44,699 nt of DNA, from IMG/VR virus record IMGVR_UViG_2684622541_000016, one strand, 5' to 3'. Within the stretch, counting starts at the first letter, position 1. The number at the start of each line of letters is the position of its first letter. This DNA is from a virus (taxonomy: Duplodnaviria; Heunggongvirae; Uroviricota; Caudoviricetes). This document shows, in pieces, positions 39,314-44,699 of this stretch. The translations under genes were made by a program, and so were the position numbers. Below the pieces are notes generated by a model. The model worked only from the letters and a program-made list of their open reading frames with translations, was not told the origin of the DNA and did not search any database.

Positions 39314-41914
39314 ATGAGCACAAAACCACTCTTCCTGTTACGGAAAGCGAAAAAATCATCCGGTGAACCTGACGTCGTCCTGTGGGCAAGCAACGATTTT
39401 GAATCGACCTGTGCCACTCTGGACTACCTGATCGTTAAGTCAGGTAAAAAACTGAGCAGCTATTTTAAAGCTGTTGCCACGAATTTTCCTGTCGTTAATG
39501 ACCTGCCCGCTGAAGGTGAGATCGATTTTACCTGGAGTGAACGCTATCAACTCAGCAAAGACTCCATGACATGGGAACTAAAACCGGGAGCAGCACCAGA
39601 CAACGCTCACTATCAAGGCAATACCAACGTCAACGGCGAAGACATGCCTGAGATTGAGGAGAATATGCTACTCCCAATTTCTGGCCAGGAACTGCCCATT
39701 CGTTGGCTTGCTCAACACGGCAGCGAAAAACCGGTAACGCACGTTTCACGCGACGGACTCCAGGCATTACACATTGCTCGGGCTGAAGAACTACCGGCTG
39801 TTACTGCCCTGGCTGTTTCCCACAAAACCAGCCTGCTCGACCCGCTGGAAATTCGCGAACTCCACAAACTGGTTCGTGACACTGACAAAGTTTTCCCTAA
39901 TCCTGGTAATTCAAACCTGGGACTGATAACTGCTTTTTTCGAAGCATACCTGAACGCTGACTACACCGATCGAGGACTGCTGACAAAAGAGTGGATGAAG
40001 GGTAATCGTGTTTCACACATCACTCGCACGGCTTCCGGTGCTAATGCTGGCGGCGGAAACCTCACCGATCGCGGCGAAGGTTTCGTACACGATCTGACGT
40101 CACTGGCGCGGGACGTAGCCACTGGCGTACTGGCCCGTTCAATGGATCTGGACATCTATAACCTTCATCCGGCACACGCTAAACGCATTGAGGAAATTAT
40201 CGCTGAAAATAAACCGCCCTTTTCTGTTTTCCGCGACAAATTCATCACCATGCCTGGCGGGCTGGATTATTCCCGCGCCATCGTGGTTGCGTCCGTAAAA
40301 GAAGCACCAATTGGGATCGAGGTCATCCCCGCGCACGTCACTGAATATCTGAACAAAGTACTGACTGAAACCGATCATGCCAACCCTGATCCGGAAATCG
40401 TGGATATTGCCTGCGGTCGCTCCTCTGCCCCGATGCCGCAGCGAGTAACAGAAGAAGGAAAACAGGATGATGAAGAAAAACCGCAACCATCTGGAACAAC
40501 GGCAGTTGAACAGGGAGAGGCTGAAACAATGGAACCGGACGCAACTGAACATCATCAGGACACGCAGCCGCTGGATGCTCAGTCACAGGTAAATTCTGTT
40601 GATGCGAAATATCAGGAACTGCGGGCAGAACTCCATGAAGCCCGGAAAAACATTCCATCAAAAAATCCTGTCGATGCCGATAAATTGCTTGCTGCATCAC
40701 GTGGTGAATTTGTTGACGGAATTAGCGACCCGAACGATCCGAAATGGGTAAAGGGGATCCAGACTCGCGATTGTGTGTACCAGAACCAGCCAGAAACGGA
40801 AAAAACCAGCCCGGATATGAATCAACCTGAGCCAGTAGTGCAACAGGAACCGGAAATAGCCTGCAATGCCTGCGGCCAGACTGGCGGGGATAACTGCCCT
40901 GACTGTGGTGCGGTGATGGGCGACGCAACATACCAGGAAACATTCGATGAAGAGAGTCAGGTTGAAGCTAAGGAAAATGATCCGGAGGAAATGGAAGGCG
41001 CTGAACATCCGCACAATGAGAATGCTGGCAGCGATCCGCATCGCGATTGCAGTGATGAAACTGGCGAAGTCGCAGATCCCGTAATCGTAGAAGACATAGA
41101 GCCAGGTATTTATTACGGAATTTCGAATGAGAATTACCACGCGGGTCCCGGTGTCAGTAAGTCTCAGCTCGATGACATTGCTGATACTCCGGCACTGTAT
41201 TTGTGGCGTAAAAATGCCCCCGTGGACACCACAAAGACAAAAACGCTCGATTTAGGAACCGCTTTCCACTGCCGGGTACTTGAGCCGGAAGAATTCAGTA
41301 ACCGCTTTATCGTAGCACCTGAATTTAACCGCCGGACAAACTCCGGAAAAGAAGAAGAGAAAGCGTTTCTGAGGGAATGCGCAAGCACAGGAAAAACGGT
41401 TATCACTGCCGAAGAAGGCCGGAAAATTGAACTCATGTATCAGAGCGTTATGGCTTTGCCGCTGGGGCAATGGCTTGTTGAAAGCGCCGGACACGCTGAA
41501 TCATCAATTTACTGGGAAGATCCTGAAACAGCAATTTTGTGTCGGTGCCGTCCGGACAAAATTATCCCTGAATTTCACTGGATCATGGACGTGAAAACTA
41601 CGGCGGATATTCAACGATTCAAAACCGCTTATTACGACTACCGCTATCACGTTCAGGATGCATTCTACAGTGACGGTTATGAAGCACAGTTTGGAGTGCA
41701 GCCAACTTTCGTTTTTCTGGTTGCCAGCACAACTATTGAATGCGGACGTTATCCGGTTGAAATTTTCATGATGGGCGAAGAAGCAAAACTGGCAGGTCAG
41801 CTGGAATATCACCGCAATCTGCGAACCCTGGCTGACTGCCTCAATACCGATGAATGGCCAGCTATTAAGACGTTATCACTGCCCCGCTGGGCTAAGGAAT
41901 ATGCAAATGACTAA
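39314..41914 (+). CDS. recE: Exodeoxyribonuclease VIII (RecE)
   Basis: 866 aa ORF, the length of K-12 RecE; acidic central region; overlaps the recT start. Confidence 0.9.
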   Translation: MSTKPLFLLRKAKKSSGEPDVVLWASNDFESTCATLDYLIVKSGKKLSSYFKAVATNFPVVNDLPAEGEIDFTWSERYQLSKDSMTWELKPGAAPDNAHYQGNTNVNGEDMPEIEENMLLPISGQELPIRWLAQHGSEKPVTHVSRDGLQALHIARAEELPAVTALAVSHKTSLLDPLEIRELHKLVRDTDKVFPNPGNSNLGLITAFFEAYLNADYTDRGLLTKEWMKGNRVSHITRTASGANAGGGNLTDRGEGFVHDLTSLARDVATGVLARSMDLDIYNLHPAHAKRIEEIIAENKPPFSVFRDKFITMPGGLDYSRAIVVASVKEAPIGIEVIPAHVTEYLNKVLTETDHANPDPEIVDIACGRSSAPMPQRVTEEGKQDDEEKPQPSGTTAVEQGEAETMEPDATEHHQDTQPLDAQSQVNSVDAKYQELRAELHEARKNIPSKNPVDADKLLAASRGEFVDGISDPNDPKWVKGIQTRDCVYQNQPETEKTSPDMNQPEPVVQQEPEIACNACGQTGGDNCPDCGAVMGDATYQETFDEESQVEAKENDPEEMEGAEHPHNENAGSDPHRDCSDETGEVADPVIVEDIEPGIYYGISNENYHAGPGVSKSQLDDIADTPALYLWRKNAPVDTTKTKTLDLGTAFHCRVLEPEEFSNRFIVAPEFNRRTNSGKEEEKAFLRECASTGKTVITAEEGRKIELMYQSVMALPLGQWLVESAGHAESSIYWEDPETAILCRCRPDKIIPEFHWIMDVKTTADIQRFKTAYYDYRYHVQDAFYSDGYEAQFGVQPTFVFLVASTTIECGRYPVEIFMMGEEAKLAGQLEYHRNLRTLADCLNTDEWPAIKTLSLPRWAKEYAND

Positions 41915-42716
41915 GCAACCACCAATCGCAAAAGCCGATCTGCAAAAAACTCAGGGAAACCGTGCACCAGCAGCAATTAAAAATAACGACGTGATTAGTT
42001 TTATTAACCAGCCATCAATGAAAGAGCAACTGGCAGCAGCTCTTCCACGCCATATGACGGCTGAACGTATGATCCGTATCGCCACCACAGAAATTCGTAA
42101 AGTTCCGGCGTTAGGAAACTGTGACACTATGAGTTTTGTCAGTGCAATCGTACAGTGTTCACAGCTCGGACTTGAGCCCGGTAGCGCCCTCGGTCATGCA
42201 TATTTACTGCCTTTTGGTAATAAAAACGAAAAGAGCGGTAAAAAAAACGTTCAGCTAATCATTGGCTATCGCGGCATGATTGATCTGGCTCGCCGTTCAG
42301 GTCAAATCGCCAGCCTGTCAGCCCGTGTTGTCCGTGAAGGTGACGAGTTTAATTTCGAATTTGGCCTTGATGAAAAGTTAATACACCGCCCAGGAGAAAA
42401 CGAAGATGCCCCTGTTACCCACGTCTATGCTGTCGCAAGACTGAAAGACGGAGGTACTCAGTTTGAAGTTATGACGCGCAAACAGATTGAGCTGGTGCGC
42501 AGCCAGAGTAAAGCTGGTAATAACGGGCCGTGGGTAACTCACTGGGAAGAAATGGCAAAGAAAACGGCTATTCGTCGCCTGTTCAAATATCTGCCCGTAT
42601 CAATTGAGATCCAGCGTGCAGTATCAATGGATGAAAAGGAACCACTGACAATCGATCCTGCAGATTCCTCTGTATTAACCGGGGAATACAGTGTAATCGA
42701 TAATTCAGAGGAATAA
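41907..42716 (+). CDS. recT: Recombinase RecT (single-strand annealing protein)
   Basis: Start [12 protein letters not shown] overlapping the recE end; 269 aa, as K-12 RecT. Confidence 0.9.
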   Translation: MTKQPPIAKADLQKTQGNRAPAAIKNNDVISFINQPSMKEQLAAALPRHMTAERMIRIATTEIRKVPALGNCDTMSFVSAIVQCSQLGLEPGSALGHAYLLPFGNKNEKSGKKNVQLIIGYRGMIDLARRSGQIASLSARVVREGDEFNFEFGLDEKLIHRPGENEDAPVTHVYAVARLKDGGTQFEVMTRKQIELVRSQSKAGNNGPWVTHWEEMAKKTAIRRLFKYLPVSIEIQRAVSMDEKEPLTIDPADSSVLTGEYSVIDNSEE

Positions 42717-42771
42717 TTCAGCCTGGCGGTGTAATGCACCGCCAACTTGAAATATTTTTATGAGAAAAATT

Positions 42772-42921
42772 ATGAGATATGACAATGTTAAACCATGTCC
42801 ATTTTGTGGTTGTCCATCAGTAACGGTGAAAGCCATTTCAGGATATTACCGAGCGAAGTGTAACGGATGCGAATCCCGAACCGGTTATGGTGGAAGTGAA
42901 AAAGAAGCACTCGAACGATGA
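42772..42921 (+). CDS. ralR: RalR (Lar) restriction-alleviation / type I toxin homologue, ends at an in-frame TGA after 49 codons
   Basis: MRYDNVKPCPFCGCPSVTVKAISGYYRAKCNGCESRTGYGGSEKEALER then TGA; the frame stays open for 14 more codons (NKRTTGNNNGGVHV) to TAA at 42964-42966, which would give the 64 aa I recall for K-12 RalR. Confidence 0.5.
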   Translation: MRYDNVKPCPFCGCPSVTVKAISGYYRAKCNGCESRTGYGGSEKEALER

Positions 42922-42958
42922 AATAAACGAACCACTGGAAATAATAATGGAGGTGTTC

Positions 42959-43147
42959 ATGTATAAAATTACCGCCACTATTGAAAAGGAAGGTGGCACT
43001 CCTACTAACTGGACAAGATATTCAAAATCTAAACTAACGAAATCAGAATGCGAAAAAATGCTCTCAGGTAAAAAAGAAGCAGGCGTTTCCAGAGAGCAGA
43101 AAGTAAAACTGATAAATTTTAATTGCGAGAAACTTCAGTCCTCGTGA
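42959..43147 (+). CDS. Small hypothetical protein (YdaC-like by position)
   Basis: GGAGG ribosome binding site; MYKITATIEKEGGTPTNWTRYSKSKLTKSECEKMLSGKK..., 62 aa. Confidence 0.45.
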   Translation: MYKITATIEKEGGTPTNWTRYSKSKLTKSECEKMLSGKKEAGVSREQKVKLINFNCEKLQSS

Positions 43148-43246
43148 ATTGCATTGTATTCAAATTAAAACTTCATAGCTGATTATTAATAATCAACATC
43201 GGGCGTCAATTTAAGTCTAACATTGGCGCCTGCCAGAGGTGATGCG

Positions 43247-43462
43247 ATGGCACAAGTAATCTTTAATGAAGAGTGGATGGTTGAATACGGCCTGATGCTT
43301 CGCACTGGTCTGGGGGCCAGACAAATTGAAGCATACCGCCAGAACTGTTGGGTGGAAGGCTTCCACTTCAAACGAGTATCTCCTTTAGGGAAGCCAGACA
43401 GTAAGCGAGGGATTATCTGGTATAACTATCCAAAGATAAATCAGTTTATCAAAGACTCATGA
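43247..43462 (+). CDS. xisR: Excisionase
   Basis: [43 protein letters not shown]..., 71 aa; immediately upstream of int. Confidence 0.7.
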   Translation: MAQVIFNEEWMVEYGLMLRTGLGARQIEAYRQNCWVEGFHFKRVSPLGKPDSKRGIIWYNYPKINQFIKDS

Positions 43463-43463
43463 T

Positions 43464-44699
43464 ATGTCTAAATTACCAACAGGTGTCGAGATTCGAGGTA
43501 AATACATTCGCATCTGGTTCATGTTTCGAGGAAAACGATGTCGGGAAACATTGAAAGGCTGGGAGGTTACTAACAGTAACATTAAAAAAGCCGGGAATTT
43601 AAGAGCGTTGATAGTTCATGAAATCAATTCCGGTGAGTTTGAGTATTTAAGACGTTTTCCCCAGTCCAGCACTGGGGCAAAAATGGTGACAACGAGGGTC
43701 ATAAAAACGTTCGGGGAGCTTTGTGATATCTGGACAAAAATTAAAGAAACAGAGTTAACAACAAACACAATGAAGAAAACGAAATCACAATTAAAAACAC
43801 TCAGGATAATAATTTGTGAGAGTACTCCGATATCGCATATTCGTTATAGCGATATCTTAAACTACCGGAATGAACTGCTGCATGGAGAAACGCTTTACCT
43901 GGATAATCCAAGATCCAACAAAAAAGGAAGAACCGTGCGCACAGTTGATAACTATATCGCCCTGCTCTGTTCGTTGTTACGTTTTGCGTATCAGTCGGGA
44001 TTTATATCAACCAAACCATTTGAAGGAGTAAAGAAATTACAGAGAAACAGAATAAAGCCTGACCCGTTATCTAAAACAGAATTCAATGCATTAATGGAAA
44101 GTGAAAAAGGACAGAGCCAGAACTTGTGGAAATTTGCCGTATACTCCGGGCTTCGTCACGGGGAACTGGCTGCTCTGGCGTGGGAGGATGTGGATTTCGA
44201 GAAGGGAGTTGTGAATGTCAGAAGAAACCTGACGATACTGGATATGTTCGGTCCCCCAAAAACAAATGCGGGGATCCGGACGGTAACACTACTGCAGCCT
44301 GCTCTTGAAGCACTGAAGGAGCAATACAAACTGACCGGGCATCATCGCAAAAGCGAAATCACTTTTTATCATCGGGAGTACGGCAGAACCGAAAAGCAAA
44401 AACTGCATTTTGTTTTCATGCCCAGAGTGTGTAACGGAAAACAGAAACCTTATTACTCGGTAAGCAGTTTGGGTGCGAGATGGAATGCAGCAGTAAAACG
44501 TGCTGGTATTCGCCGCCGTAATCCGTACCATACGCGGCATACTTTTGCCTGCTGGCTGTTGACGGCAGGAGCGAACCCGGCGTTTATAGCCAGCCAGATG
44601 GGGCATGAAACTGCGCAGATGGTGTATGAAATTTACGGTATGTGGATTGATGACATGAACGACGAACAGGTAGCCATGTTGAATGCGCGGTTATCGTAG
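43464..44699 (+). CDS. intR: Tyrosine integrase
   Basis: 411 aa ORF ending with TAG at the window edge; C-terminal catalytic region ...HTRHTFACWLLTAGANPAFIASQMGHETAQMVYEIYGMW with R/H/Y signature residues. Confidence 0.9.
   Translation: MSKLPTGVEIRGKYIRIWFMFRGKRCRETLKGWEVTNSNIKKAGNLRALIVHEINSGEFEYLRRFPQSSTGAKMVTTRVIKTFGELCDIWTKIKETELTTNTMKKTKSQLKTLRIIICESTPISHIRYSDILNYRNELLHGETLYLDNPRSNKKGRTVRTVDNYIALLCSLLRFAYQSGFISTKPFEGVKKLQRNRIKPDPLSKTEFNALMESEKGQSQNLWKFAVYSGLRHGELAALAWEDVDFEKGVVNVRRNLTILDMFGPPKTNAGIRTVTLLQPALEALKEQYKLTGHHRKSEITFYHREYGRTEKQKLHFVFMPRVCNGKQKPYYSVSSLGARWNAAVKRAGIRRRNPYHTRHTFACWLLTAGANPAFIASQMGHETAQMVYEIYGMWIDDMNDEQVAMLNARLS

Overview
The whole window is the interior of a Rac-like lambdoid prophage of Escherichia coli, with the integrase ending at the right edge and lom at the left edge. 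Late and structural genes are on the minus strand (1-28991): lom, a lambda-type tail (J, I, K, L, M, tape measure, G/T with a -1 frameshift site, major tail protein), a non-lambda head and packaging module, a ParB-like plus unknown gene pair, the trkG potassium-transporter moron, a phage-21-type lysis cassette, two TolA-domain-III-like lipoproteins, a Q-like gene and two nin-region genes. An AT-rich accessory island (about 29000-32900) follows, then the Rac replication and immunity genes (ydaV, ydaU, ydaT, ydaS, racR) and the early-left operon on the plus strand (sieB opposite, kilR, ydaE, racC, recE, recT, ralR, xis, int). The most interesting candidate is a two-gene operon in the AT-rich island (30764-32803, minus strand): a protein with an HEPN-type R-x4-H motif followed by a protein with a GNAT-like C-terminus, which I propose as an uncharacterised defence or toxin module. 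Other points worth a second look are the TolA-like lipoprotein pair, an NsrR-type operator in front of a yeaR-like moron, an in-frame TGA in ralR, and iteron-like repeats inside ydaU. All family assignments are from reading the translations and recalling lambda and E. coli K-12 Rac proteins; no database search was run. Two N runs (2403-2451 and 24725-24973) interrupt J and the endolysin. No CRISPR array, rRNA, tRNA or IS element was seen.
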